DNA of 64,000 nucleotides from contig NC_083288.1 in NCBI RefSeq assembly GCF_963506605.1, forward strand, positions 28,644,001 to 28,708,000. Direction: 5' to 3'. This stretch comes from Zootoca vivipara. Lineage: Eukaryota. Below the pieces are notes generated by a model. It searched no databases, had not been told where the DNA came from, and worked only from the letters and a program-made list of their open reading frames with translations. Numbering within the stretch: the stretch's first letter is position 1; each line of letters begins with the position of its first letter. Made by a program: the position numbers and the translations under genes. Positions 35,228 through 47,830 of the stretch are shown here, piece by piece.

Positions 35228-36178
35228 CTACTTCCAGAATACAAGTTTTGCATCTACAAGCCTTTTCAAGGCTTCACGTACCTTCTTGTTCCTCAAGCTA
35301 TAGATGAGGGGATTAATCATTGGAGTCACAATAGTATAGAAGATTGAGAAGATCTTGCTTGTGTCTACAGAGTGTTTAGCAGCAGGAACCACATACATTG
35401 TAATCAGCGTCCCATAGAAAGTTGTAACTACTATGAGGTGCGTGGAGCAAGTAGAAATGGCCTTTTTAGACCTAGTGCCAGAAGCCTGTTTGATAACAGC
35501 TGACAATATATAAGTGTAAGACACAACCGTAAGTAGGAATGGGATCAATGTTAGACTGGAAGAAAGAATGAAAGAAGTCTTTTCAAACAGGTATGTGTCA
35601 GAGCAAGCAAGCTTCAGCAGTGGAGAAAAATCACAAAAGAAATGATCAATTTCATTGGGCCCACAGAAGGTCAAGCTTATCATCAGCAACACTGTAATTA
35701 AGGTTACCAGAAAGCCACTGATCCAAGAGCTAGCAGCCAGCCAAACACACATGTTGCTGTTCATCACAGTTGTGTAGTGGAGAGGGTTGCATATGGCTAT
35801 ATAGCGGTCATAAGACATCACTGATAGGAGAAGGCATTCAGTGCCACCCAGGGATCCAAAGAAATAAAACTGAATCATGCAGTCCATAAAAGAAATGGTC
35901 TTCTCCTCAGAGATCAAACTGGTTAGCATCCTGGGAACAATGTTGGATGTATAGATGATCTCAAGGAAGGAAAGGTTACCCAGGAAGAAATACATGGGTG
36001 TGTGCAAGCTACGATCTGTTGATACAATGATCAAAAGTAAGAAATTGGTAGCAAGTGTAACCATGTAGAAGATCAAAAACAAAGCAAACAGGAAGTGCTG
36101 CATTTCAGGGGTGTCTGAGAATCCGAGTAGCAAAAATTCAGTGACTGAGGTCCCATTCCATGAGGTTGGGTATGCCAT
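35228..36178 (-). CDS. Olfactory receptor, class II (divergent OR11/OR6-like), 316 aa, intact
   Basis: LHTPMYFFLGNLS, MSYDRYIAICNPLHY, HFFCD, KAISTCSTHL, NPLIYSLRN. Acceptor tttcctctag 11 nt before the ATG. Confidence 0.97.
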   Translation of the reverse strand: MAYPTSWNGTSVTEFLLLGFSDTPEMQHFLFALFLIFYMVTLATNFLLLIIVSTDRSLHTPMYFFLGNLSFLEIIYTSNIVPRMLTSLISEEKTISFMDCMIQFYFFGSLGGTECLLLSVMSYDRYIAICNPLHYTTVMNSNMCVWLAASSWISGFLVTLITVLLMISLTFCGPNEIDHFFCDFSPLLKLACSDTYLFEKTSFILSSSLTLIPFLLTVVSYTYILSAVIKQASGTRSKKAISTCSTHLIVVTTFYGTLITMYVVPAAKHSVDTSKIFSIFYTIVTPMINPLIYSLRNKKVREALKRLVDAKLVFWK

Positions 36179-37829
36179 GTGGAGTTAATCTAGAGGAAAC
36201 AGCATGAACAATAATAATAGCTGCCACCAGGTCTGCTGTCAGTGTGGGAACAGTGGAACAGAGTTAAGTACAGCACATCTATATTAATTGAAATCAATAG
36301 GCATGTTTAGGTGACTGGTGGATTGTGACCAATTCGTTATCTTCCCAAGAACCGCAGATGGAAATCAATGGATAGAATGAGGCTTTTCTACCAATATGTT
36401 GCAGCTGAAGCCTCTGAAAAATTTTCTCCTTAGAGTTGGAGTTACCCTCCAAAAAAGCATTTAATGTGGGAGAAATGACAGAAATCAGAGGTACCTGCCT
36501 CCATTTGCATGTGTGGAAATGCCTTCTGCTTGGGATTGGCCCAGCCAACATGAATAACGAGTCAGTTATTAGTATAATTATTAAAATTATTATATGTTTA
36601 TTTATACCCCACCTTTTCCACTGACCCGACTCAAGGCAGCTTACAGATAAAAGCAACAATTACTAAAAACATCGAAAAAGCAATAATTAGAAAAAAAAAC
36701 AATTAAACATTAATAGAACTAAAACTATATACACATATAGATATCTAGGGAATCCTTACTCCTGTGGTCCATCAGCCTGATATACAGGAATGAAACAAAT
36801 GTTGTCCTCTTCATATTAGGAAAGTCTTTACCTGCCTCCTTTTCCACATGGCTCATGCTTTTAGATATCACACAAGCACAGCTACTTTACATGAGATATC
36901 AATATCATATATACTAATAGTGAATTCATTTGGGTGGGGTTCACCCTCCCAAGACTTTTGTATTTCTGCAAATTTTGGAGTGGCCCCAAACCTGGTGGTA
37001 TCTCTCTTGTGATGCTGATATTTTGACTGCAAAAGGATGCAGCAGCATACTGAAGGGCAGATTTGTAGTAATAGAAAAAAGGTTTTTTTAAAAAAAACAG
37101 CAAAAAGGAAAACAGGAAGCATCCCAATGACAGAAAAAGATGTTCAATGATGGCAATGCTGACTCTGTTGTGTGGGATGAAAATGGGGCAGATTCAAATT
37201 CTACAAGAGAGCCTAGCTCATGGGCTGGCTGGAACACTGAGCAGGAGAACTCCATACTACAGCAAACCAAATATCCATTTACACTAGGCTCAGCTGTCTC
37301 ATGCTTTCAGTTCTCTATACTCTATACTCTATACTCACAATTATGTTTTCCATTCAACACTGCATGATATGAAGGAACGCCCTGCATAGGTTTTGATCTC
37401 TTCTGGAAGACATGCCATCTCTTCGCCCACCCAATTTGTAATAATTCCCTTCTTCTTTTTAAAGGTATCGTAGGTCAGTATGTCCCTTAGTGACTTCTAC
37501 TAGGATGTTTTGTTTGTCATGCAGGAGAATTAGGCTGGGGAATTATGCCTCTCCCCCTCTCCCCTTTGTAATAGAAACAGAAAATAACTATGCAATTATT
37601 TCATTGTAACAGCTAGGAAGACAAGGACATGGGGCATCCCATTAAATGTCAATTGTGTATCCTCTGATAGTTGTGCACTGCTTCTCATAGAAACCTGTGA
37701 TTATCCTCCCAGTTAATGTTGTCCCCCTTTGCATGCTCCTTTCTCTCACTCTCTCACACACTTGCCTGCACCATAATTTGTCTAAGCTTAATATCCTTCT
37801 TTACACTATGATTCTATCATGATTAAGAT

Positions 37830-39050
37830 CCAGGTGCTCTTGGAGGAGAACAATTTTCTAGATCCATTTCAACTAGGGTGTGGCCTGGCTTTGACACAGA
37901 AACTACCCTGGTTGACCTCTGTCAGGATACAGGTGCAATATATCTATGTCAATCCTTCTTGAATTCTCAGTTGCTTTCAGTACCATCAACCACTGTATCC
38001 CCTTTGAGAGGCTATCCAAATTGGGGGTGGGTGACCATGCTTTGCAGTGGTTCTGTTCCTACTTGGATGGTCATCTTCAGCAGGTGATTTTCTTTGGCAC
38101 AAAGGAGCCTTCAATGTTGGGTTCCTCAGGGTTCATTTGCATCACCCATGTTGTTTAATATCTATATGAAGCTGCTGGGTGTAGTCATCCAGAGTTTTGA
38201 CGTGTGTTGTCAGTAGTATGCTGATGACACACAGCTCTATTTTTCCCTTTACATCTACAGTGAATAGGCTGGACAGGTGTCTGGATGAGAGCCAATAAAT
38301 TGAAGCTCAATCCAGGTAAGACAGAGACACTGTTTGTGGGTGGTTTTCTGGACAAGATGGATGGGAGATTGCCTGCTCTTGAGGTAGTTACACTCCCTCT
38401 TAAGTAACAGGTACATAGCTTCGGTTTGCTCCTGGATCCTTTACTATCACCTGAGGCTTCGGTGGTATGCAGGTCCTTCTATCAGCTTTAGCTGTATGGA
38501 CAACAATAGCCTCACACCTGTGCTTTATGACTGTAAACATCAAGCTTAGAATACTATAATACATTATACATGGGTCTGCCTCTGAATTCAGTTCAGAAAC
38601 TTCAGCTGGTGCAAAATTTGATGGCCAGGTTGTTCACTAGAATAAGATGCTTTAAGCTTTAACAGCCATCCTGGCCAAATTGCACTGGTTGCCAATTAGT
38701 TTCTGGGCCCAATTCAGAGTACAATGTTGACGTAGTATGTCTTACTTAAGGACTTTAGTACCTTAAGGACCTCTTCTCCCCATACAAACTGACCCAGATC
38801 CTGTGCTTGTCATCTGAGGCCCTTCTCTATGTCCCTGCTCCTCAAGAGGTTCTGAGGATGACAACACAAGAATGGGCCTTTTCTGTGGTGGCTGCCCATC
38901 TGTGGAATGTTCCCCCAGAGAGGCTCACATGGAGCCATCATTACATGTCTTTAGGTACCAGGCAAAAGCATATCTCTTAACCCCCATTCTTTAAGTAATC
39001 TATGGCTTGTTAAATGGGGAGGGGGCTGTTATTATGATTATTTTATTATT
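37830..39050 (+). mobile_element. Old L2 LINE, degenerate RT and 3' end
   Basis: ILLEFSVAFSTINH (LLDLSAAFDTIDH-like), tatgctgatgacacacagctc (YADDTQL), LKLNPGKTE and LHWLP. Confidence 0.88.
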
Positions 39051-39534
39051 ACTACAATGTGCATATTATGCTCTATATTATGTGTTTTTTATTGTGCTGC
39101 ATCCCTAGGAGTGCTGAATCACTGATGCTCCTAGGATTATGCTACCACTGGGAATTATGGAGAAAGTGCTTTTAAAATATTGCCCATCTAATTGAGCTAA
39201 CTAAAACATGTTTTCATGAGAACAAAATAGCAGTCTATGCCTCCTGAAATGCTTTCAACTATATCTAGAGCATCCTGAACCTTTAATAGAAAATAAAATG
39301 AGACTTTATTGAAGGAAACAAGTATTGTATACATAAAGATGCTATCCTGTGCTGTTCTGGTGCGTTATTTTTCAGAGATTCATGCAACACGAATCCTTCT
39401 TCATATTCCATATTTTTATTTTTCTGAATACTGAGCTGAAAACTTGCTTTTTTTATTTTCCACTGGAACAATTCCAGTCTTTCTCATCCGATACGCTGAA
39501 GGCTTCATAGAATTCATGTACAGTTTGAAGAATT

Positions 39535-39608
39535 CTGCATCTCAGTTTAATACCAAATGCTGACAAAGAACATTCAGTTTGGAAAGACCAAAGCGTTTAA
39601 AGGTATTA
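39535..39608 (+). promoter_or_regulatory. Putative 5' non-coding exon end and donor AAG|GTATT of the OR13/2-like genes
   Basis: taccaaatgctga...aaggtatt is conserved here, at 48290-48363 and, inverted, at 59200-59280 upstream of the more divergent 57323 gene. Confidence 0.55.
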
Positions 39609-40306
39609 GTTGTTTATATACTTTGCCATGTTAGTTTCATTGTCATTACCCCACCTTAACAAATGATTGCAGTTAAAGAAACATTTTGGGAATTTTGATC
39701 TCGAACTCTGACTGTTCCTCCGATCTGATCTGGTTCATTTGTATTGCTTAGAAGAATGCATAATGTCGGGGGCTCGAGAGAGAGAGAAGAAGCACTACAC
39801 CTTCTTCTACTCAGCTATATCTTTTGCAGCCCTGTATTTTGCTCAGGGTGCTGAATCAGAAGGATGGCCAAAAATACAGGAGCTTTCAAGAAACAATAGC
39901 ATTTATTCTGAAATTCAGGAAGGAGAAAATGTCACCCTTGCTTATTGAAGTGGTTTATCCATGAAATTGAGCATATGTGATATGTACTAAAAAGCTATGT
40001 CAAAATCAACTACTTCAGTGAAAAAATAAATAAATTTGGTTGTAATGCAAATATAACTATAAAATATAGAATTTTCAGTCAATATTTCTGCAAAATATTG
40101 GATTTTAAAACATTGGTAGAAATAGGATTGGTAGAAGTAGGATATAAGAGAAGCTGCAATAGAATTTTTGAGACTAATCATTAAGATGTTATTACAGTAC
40201 CATACCTTCCCAAACCTTCCAGCAAAATGCCATGCAAATATTATATAATGAGGCTCCTTTCTCTTTCTTTTTTGTATGTCATTGCAGATAATATTTGAAT
40301 CAGGAT

Positions 40307-41239
40307 ATGAGAGAAGAAAATGAGACTGAATTGACTGAGTTTATCCTCATTGGCTATTCTGGTCGGCCAAAGACAAGGATGGGACTCATTGTTTTCCTGA
40401 CTGTTGTATATGCTACAACTGTAGTGGGAAATTTTATTATAATCTTGGTGACCACAACCGATCCTCGGCTTCACAATCCCATGTATTTTTTCCTCAGTAA
40501 CTTGTCCTTCCTTGACATTTGCTATGCATCTTCTTCAATCCCACAGGCCATTGCGAACCTTCTGGTGGATCGGCCCACCATGTCCTTTGCAATGTGTTAT
40601 TTCCAAATGAGTGGTGGTGCCTACTTAGCAGTGACTGAATGCTTCCTCTTGGCTGTCATGGCTTATGACAGGCTTATAGCCATTTCCAGCCCACTGCATT
40701 ACATGCTAATCATGAACAAGAGATTGTGCATTCAGTTAGCAGCTGGGACATGGTCAATTGGCTTATTTTTAGGGGCTATTCCCATTTATGCCATACCAGC
40801 TCGCTTTTGTGGGAAAAATTTGGTCAATCATTTCACATGTGAAGTCATAGCAGTTATGAAGCTGGTTTGCTCAGATACTTCCATCAGCCAGCTGGTTATG
40901 TTCTTCACTGGGAGTGTCACTTTGCTTGGTCCCTTTAGCTTTATCCTTTTCTCATATTTGCGCATAATTGTGGCAATTATAAGAATCCACTCAGCAGGGG
41001 GCAGGATGAAGGCTTTCTCCACATGTGCTTCCCACTTGACTGTAGTATCCATATTCTATGGCACCTTCATGTTCTCATATCTCCGCCCCCAAACTAAGAC
41101 CACAAAGGATGTAGACAAGATAATTTCTCTCTTCTATGGAACTGTGACTCCCATGTTAAACCCATTAATCTACACTCTCAGAAATCAGAAAGTTATAGGG
41201 GCCTTGAGAAGACTTGTGGGAAAGAAAGTGGATTCATGA
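40307..41239 (+). CDS. Olfactory receptor, class II (OR13/OR2-like), 310 aa, intact
   Basis: [50 protein letters not shown]. First ATG is 40307 (40295 is TTG), and acceptor attgcag lies at 40287. Confidence 0.96.
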   Translation: MREENETELTEFILIGYSGRPKTRMGLIVFLTVVYATTVVGNFIIILVTTTDPRLHNPMYFFLSNLSFLDICYASSSIPQAIANLLVDRPTMSFAMCYFQMSGGAYLAVTECFLLAVMAYDRLIAISSPLHYMLIMNKRLCIQLAAGTWSIGLFLGAIPIYAIPARFCGKNLVNHFTCEVIAVMKLVCSDTSISQLVMFFTGSVTLLGPFSFILFSYLRIIVAIIRIHSAGGRMKAFSTCASHLTVVSIFYGTFMFSYLRPQTKTTKDVDKIISLFYGTVTPMLNPLIYTLRNQKVIGALRRLVGKKVDS

Positions 41240-41934
41240 AAAAGATACCTTGATCATTGAGGATTGAAATATTTTCTGTGTTTCTTGCTTCTGTTATTAT
41301 CACAACCTTAACAGCTACTGAATGCATTTGAAACTAGGAAAGATGGAAATAAAGGCTCCTTGAAAATATAACTGATATGCTAAAGATAAATTTCTCCTTT
41401 CTTTCAGATGCAGCTAGGTGGAATGATTGTCAATTGAAACTAAGGAATTGAAGCAAACAGTTGGTTTCACCTGAATAGATGGAGTGTGTTTTAATGTCTG
41501 CCATTTCCCTCAGATGCAGCCAGCTTGTAAAATAGGCTACAGTGTAGGTGCTGAACAGGGATGGAGAAACCTCTGCCAGGTCCTTTCATTCTCCATCTGT
41601 TTATCTAGTACAAGGGTAGCCAACATGGTGGCCTCCTGATGTTGTGGACTACAACCACTATCATCACTGACCATTGACCATATTTACAGGGGTTAGGGAT
41701 CTGTAGATGTTGTTTTCTCTACTCATTTTTTCCTATCTTAAGTTCAGGTATCTGCATTTCTACATCAGTTTCTGTTGTTTTGTTTATTATTTCTAATAAG
41801 TCCATGAGCATTTTTTTATATACTTCTGTACATATGTAGAATTTTATTCAATGAGCTTTTTTGTATCTGTTTTCTTCTTCTTCTCCTTCTTCTCCTTCTC
41901 CTTCTCCTTCTTCTCTGGACAAAGTAACAATAAT

Positions 41935-42360
41935 AAATAAATAAGAATAAAAAAGTGAACTCCACCTCCGAGACCATTTCATTATAACTATCCAACCTCC
42001 CAAAATTTCAACACCTCTTGTAATGGTTTAACCTTTCCGATTTAACAGTACAAATTCTACAAACACTTCCCATATCTCATCGAAATGATTTCTCCTGCAT
42101 ATTCCCCATATTACCTTAATGGAATATGTTAATTTATCATTAATAGCTATATCCCACACCTTTTTATGCCATTCTTCCATTTTATGTTCTGCTTGCCACT
42201 TCTTAGCTATCTTAATTCATGCAGCTGCCAATAAATTTGTGAGCAAGTCTGTCATAGCCTGCAAACCTTCCACCCCATCGTAAATTGATAATCATGCTAC
42301 CTCTGAACTTTCGGTCGGCTTTAACCCAGTGATTTCTCCTTAAACATCCTTTGCCAGAAA
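41935..42360 (-). mobile_element. L1/Tx1-like LINE 3' fragment (duplicate at about 52740-53165)
   Basis: Reverse translation IAKKWQAEHKMEEWHKKVWDIAINDKLT...FDEIWEVF resembles an L1/Tx1 ORF2 C-terminus. Confidence 0.6.
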
Positions 42361-45300
42361 GACATGTACATATGTACATTTTTTCATTAACTTTTTGTCC
42401 AAATTTCTACTAATAAACTCATTAGCTATGCAGTTTCCACTAAGGTACACATTTTTGCAAGCGTTTTGGCAAATGTAATGCATTTTGTATTAATATATGC
42501 AGTTTTATGCTCAGTTTAATATATGTATTTTGTTTGCTTTGAGACCTAAGTCACAAAATTCAGATACATGGTAATTTTGAGGGATAGTTGTGCTTTGGTT
42601 TGTGTTTTGGTTCAAGAGGTATGAATTAGGCAGCTTCTCATTTAAAGTCAAACAAAATTAAATTTCTCTCCCCTTCCTATTGATGCAAAAGTATAATTGT
42701 CGAAAACAACAATGGAATTAGGCAAGTGGCACTATGGGGAATTTAATTACTTTCAGGTAACTAACAGGTGGTGGGTAGACTGACCTTTTCTTTTTGGACA
42801 AAACACTTATATGATGGGATAATATGCTTTGTCTTATCAATATCTCCTTCAACAATCAGTATTTCACCTATCTAAAATTGTTGCATCATTAATAGGAGTA
42901 TTAATGTAAGCATTATTTGTAACCCAGTCTTGAAACAAATACAAGTATAGATTATGTTTTTTTCTGGGGGGAAATGAACAAGAACCTCAATAACAGTGGC
43001 ATGAGTTTATTGCTCAAGTATTCCCAATTTGCCTTTGTTGAGATTTGAACATCTGTTAGGTCCCATCATGTACCCTGATATTCTTCCAAGTCAGAGTAAG
43101 AAACTATGAAGCAGAGTACTTTTAATTTCCTGCAGAAAGACATTTTCCCACTGGAGCCCAACAGCACTAATTAGGTCTTAACTTTGAATCCCATCAGGAT
43201 TTGAATTCCATCAGCGAACATGTACCACTCCTAGAAAGTTAGGAAGTGCTACATAATGTAGTTGTTGCTTTAGTAGGAAAATATATTAAGATTATTTTCT
43301 TCTTTAAATGTATTCAAGGAAGTGGTCATCAGAAATGGGCTTCTGCAGTTCAAATAGCTCTCTCAAGCTGAACCAAAATTCCCTTCAAAGTCTGACTGAA
43401 ATGTCTGACTGAAATTTGGTCATTTTCAGCTTTCCCTCTTGCTGATTTCTGCCAGGTGCTATTTATTCAAAAATTGTGGGTATGCAATGAGGAAATTTTT
43501 AGGAGAGGAGGCAGGTGACAGTGGACAGCAAGCCTCCAAGCATATATTGTGCCACCATAGACACAGGGATATGTTGTAATGGCTGCTGCTAACATATGAT
43601 TGAAAGGCTTAATCTTCATATCCAAATTATATTTGACCTTTCCCACAGTACACCCCCAAATATAGTTATCTCACACAGTGCAGATGTTTCCAATATTGAA
43701 CAGAATTTCAGCAACTCCAGAATCACCACCCCACCCACTCACTTAACTGACCATCCTCAACTTTCCCTTTCAGATTATAACAGAACCAGAACGATCAAAT
43801 ATTTCAGCCAGGAGACATTAAACCTACAAAGCCCAGCCACCCCAGTTCTAAGTGGCCAAGCATGATCAGAAATCCTCATTACCCCTTATGGCCTCACCAA
43901 CCCCACACCGTCACTGTCCACAATTTGGAGGAATATTTGTAAAGGAGATGATGTGTGGAAGATTTTTAAGTCTGAGATCCACATTCTTACTTGAACCGCT
44001 TTCTGGGGGTTGGATCACATAGCACTGGTTGTGGGGGCAAAGGTAAAAGCAGTTGGGCTCATAGGCAAAAAGTGTGGGAAGCAACATACAAAATACTTGC
44101 CCTTTTCCTAAAGACTGTGTTCCTGCCATGAAAAAAATAATCAAAGGCTTATACATGCATAGCTCTTTCTTCCATCAAAGCTAGCAGTTGAAGAATACAT
44201 TCTTGCACTTGAGACGAAAGATCATTATGGTGTGTGGCATGGTGAGAGTCTGAAACACCAGTCAGAGCAATCCTGAGAACTGCATATGGCCCCTGGATCT
44301 GAGATTCCATACCTCTGTACACATGTAGACTCTCCATAGTTGAAGGCTGCTAAATACCAGTAGCTGGAAAATGCAGGAGGAGAGAATATACTTGTTCCCA
44401 GGTTCTGCTTGGGGAATCTCCCATGAGCATATGGCTGCCACTGTGACAGCAGGATGCTGGGTTATATGGGCCCTTGGTCTGAGTTCCTCTCCCTAGTCAT
44501 AGTCCAAGAGTTGGACACTACAGGGCAGGGCCAGCGGCTCGGTGTCTGAAGGCATGAACCTGTTATTTCCCACAACCGAGTTACATAAAACCTCCAAAAA
44601 GCTACTGTGTCATAGATAATAGTGACAATGTTAACTATGGCCCATAGTTTACTGGGCATATCTAGGCACAATTTAAAGTGCTTCTATTGAACTTTTAAAG
44701 CCACCTGCAGGTTGAGGAAGGCCAATATGTTAACAGATAAATGTACTCAGGTCTTAAGATCAGCATAAGAGATCCTGCTCATAGGCCCATGATCAAGATA
44801 AATGAATTTACTGGGATTAAGAGACAGTGCCTTCTTTATTGTCATTTACCAATTTACACTGTTGCTCACTTTAAGTTGTTACATCCTTAATTTTTTAAAC
44901 TGACTGTGTATGCGTATATTAACTTGCTTGTGGATTCGTTTTTGTTTTTACATTTTAGTGTTACTGGTACTCATCAAAAGATATGAAAAAGTTTATACCC
45001 AGAACAAAGTATCTTTTTAAAATATACTGGAATAAAAGGGGGGGGGAATCTAATCTAAAAAGAATCAGGAGCAAAGAAAAGGAAGAAGGAAAGAGAGATG
45101 GAAGAAAGAAAAGAAAATTTTATGGGGGAATAAAAAGGGGGGAGAGAAAAAGAAAAAGATGAAAATACTTTTGATTCTCTGTAAGTTAAATGCAATTAGT
45201 TTTTCAAAGTATTCACTCAAACTATTTTATTTTCTATACCAATATTTCCCCCCAATCTTCAAATCCAGTTATTAAAAGTTCATCTTCTCTTTCATGCAAA

Positions 45301-45472
45301 AAGTTCATAAGAAGTTTCCAATCCTTAATAAAAGTCTATAATTATTTTTTCCTGATTAAATGTTATCTCAGCTAAGTCCAATAATTTTATCAGCCATTCC
45401 TCAATAGGAACAACATGGTTCTTTTTAAATTGTTGATTCCATTTGTTTGTTTGTTTGTTTTAAATAATTCCT

Positions 45473-45538
45473 TTAAATTACCATAAGCTTTCTCAAGGCT
45501 CCATTTACTTCTTGATTTCTGAGTGTTTAGATGAGTAG
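45473..45538 (-). pseudogene. OR C-terminal remnant (paralogue of the 57323 gene)
   Basis: Reverse strand reads LI*TLRNQEVNGALRKLMVI*, matching [20 protein letters not shown]. The 2 kb downstream is paralogous to 54.9-57.3 kb. Confidence 0.9.
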
Positions 45539-45539
45539 A

Positions 45540-47305
45540 GACAATGGAGGGGCAGGCCATGGCATCTGTAACCAAGCTATCAAACCTTTAATGATTCCAG
45601 CAAGCCATACATAATTTCCACCATCAGACAAGTGCACGCCACCTGCCCTAAACAGGGCTGCATTTCTGGAAATTATTAGCTGGGTGGGGAAGCAGCCTGC
45701 CACCCAAAGCAAGCACCTTCTGTACAGCAGCGCGATCAACACATTTTCTTGCTTTGTCCATAGCTGCTGGTCACAAACTCCCTCGCCAAGCATGGTCGTG
45801 GCAGGAAGGACCGTTGCTAGCTCCTCCAAGTCCTTCACAATGTGAGTCTGTAAGTCCAAGCTCTTATACTCAGGCAGATCATTTTTGCCCAGCTGCACAA
45901 CTAGGGCAGAAGGTGGGCCCCACAAAGCCATCCTGGCCCTCACAAGAGGCAACAGTTCGTTCCAGCGCATCCCGAGCCTGGACAGCCAGGAAACTCTCAC
46001 ATGACTAGGGAGGAGGAGGAGGTGACAACCAAGACCAGACTCGACAGCCCAATGCACAATGCTGTGGCCTACAATCTGTATGTGCAAGTCTGGCAGTGCT
46101 AAAAGGAAGGAAACACAAAACAAATCAGCAATTAGGCACCAAACAACTACTGGGTTTTCCGAATGTAACCCCTGTAAGCAATGGGCTTTCAGAGACCCAT
46201 GTTTTTAATTCTGCTTTCAGAGACCCCAGTGCACTGTTGTCATAGCAGCCCCGATTTGAAAAGAATGGGCCGCATATTCCGATGCTGGAAGCCCACAGGC
46301 CTGAATAGCCTTTCTCATCACTCTGGTAAACTGGTGCCTAGCCAAAGGAGTTCCATCACTGTGAATAAGGAATGGGCCAGCTCCAGGAGGCCTGAGTTGC
46401 ATAAACCTCCTGGCATCCTAGACCAGGCAGAAACCCCTCTGTGCTGTAGCTGGTAACCTGAGGAGAGCACCCCTGCCCCCTTGGTCAGTCTTAGATATCC
46501 TAATTTGGACCACCAACTCCGAGTCCGTTAAGTTTCTATCAGCCAACTGCAACCCCCTGGGAACATCATTTATCAACTCCTCAAACACCACTTCCCCCAC
46601 TCTTAGGGCCCCGAAGAAGGCAATTGAAAATGCTGCTGCAAAGAGCCTAGCCCCATATTGTGACCAGCAAACAGTCCTCAGTTGCCTATGTATTTTACAA
46701 AGGAGGCCAATGTCTTCATGTGAAAGGCTGTAAAATCGACCCAAGCTTTCTTGTAGGATCTGAGTAGAGGGGGCGAAGGAAGCGACTACTCCTTGCATCA
46801 AGATATGCACCCAAGGTTCCAGAGGTTCTGTTGCCAATAATCTGAAGCAGTCCATCTGAAATCGAGACAGTGCACCAGCAATTTCATTAGACACCCCAGG
46901 GATAAATTTGGCCGAAAATGCAATGTTAAATTTTAAACACTGCAGGACAAAGGCCCACAGAAGGCATGAAACCCTGTGGGAATGCGAGGACTGCTTTGTC
47001 TATACATTGACCACCGACTGGTTGTCAGACCAGAAACAAACCCTAGGATTCTTGAATTCCTCCATGCATATATGGACGGCTACTGTAATCGAGAAGAATA
47101 CAAGAAAAGTTAGATCCCTTGTAATCAACCTGCCAGTCCAAGTCTTGGGCAGCCGCGTGTGAGTGTACCTGAAAATTGGAGTGAAGATTCAACCTGTGCT
47201 GCCAAAGAGAGATTCCATTAAAGCTGTCCAAAAACTGCAGCCAAATCACTAAATTGGCCTTCACTTCTTTTGAAAGACGAACCCTATGATGGGGGGATTT
47301 TAAAT
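45540..47305 (-). mobile_element. Decayed Ngaro-type (DIRS superfamily) tyrosine-recombinase retrotransposon: RT end/RNase H, YR, SGNH hydrolase
   Basis: PHHRVRLSKEVKANLVIWLQFLDSFNG (RT-RH link), NEIAGALSRFQ (RNase H end), AFSIAFFGALRVGE...IRISKTDQGGRG and HSFQIGAA (YR), IVGHSIVHWA...GMRW...LGKNDL...GGVHLS (SGNH). Confidence 0.9.
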
Positions 47306-47790
47306 ATAACTTGAAAATATAAGTTGAAAATGTAACTGATATGCTAAAGATAAATTCCTCCTCTCTTTCAGATGCAGCTAGGTGGAATGATTGTCAATTG
47401 AAAGCAAGGAAAAGAGGCAAACAGTTATGGTCACACACAAGTTTTCAAGCAAAACAAGGAAATTTTCCCAATATTATTTGAAAAGGTAACAATGTCACCT
47501 AACTACAGTGAAATGATGGAATTGATCCTGAATGTATCTTCAATACCTTAAGGACCTCTTCTCCCCATACAAACTGACCCAGATCCTGTGCTTGTCACCT
47601 GAGGCCCTTCTCTATGTCCCTGCTCCTTGAGAGGTTCTGAGGATGCCAACACAAGAATGGGCCTTTTCTGTGGTGGCTCCCCATCCCCCAGGGAGGCTCA
47701 CATGGAACCATCATTACATGTCTTTAGGCACCAGGCAAAAGCATTTCTCTTGGCCTGTTGAATGGGGAGGGGGGGCTGTTATTATGATTA

Positions 47791-47830
<40 letters not shown>

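Larger units (their letters stand above)
38759..47543 (+). repeat. Segmental duplication unit A (L2 tail + OR(+) + spacer + OR(-) remnant); unit B is about 47544-58480
   Basis: taccttaaggacctcttctccccatacaaactgacc begins both units (38759, 47544). Colinear similarity continues through the ORs and spacers. Confidence 0.9.

Noticed and set aside
39739-39948. 69-aa ORF conserved at 39739 and 48494
   Set aside because: Starts at TTG, lies in the inferred intron, and conservation is explained by the recent duplication.
40295-40306. TTG starts called for the 40295, 49382 and 58255 ORFs
   Set aside because: Bacterial-style start calls. The first ATG is four codons later, and an upstream coding exon cannot be shown.
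45527-45545. SGNH ORF in frame with the OR C-terminal remnant (fusion gene?)
   Set aside because: A TAA replaces the OR Tyr codon at the junction, the element is decayed, and in-frame joining has a 1-in-3 chance.
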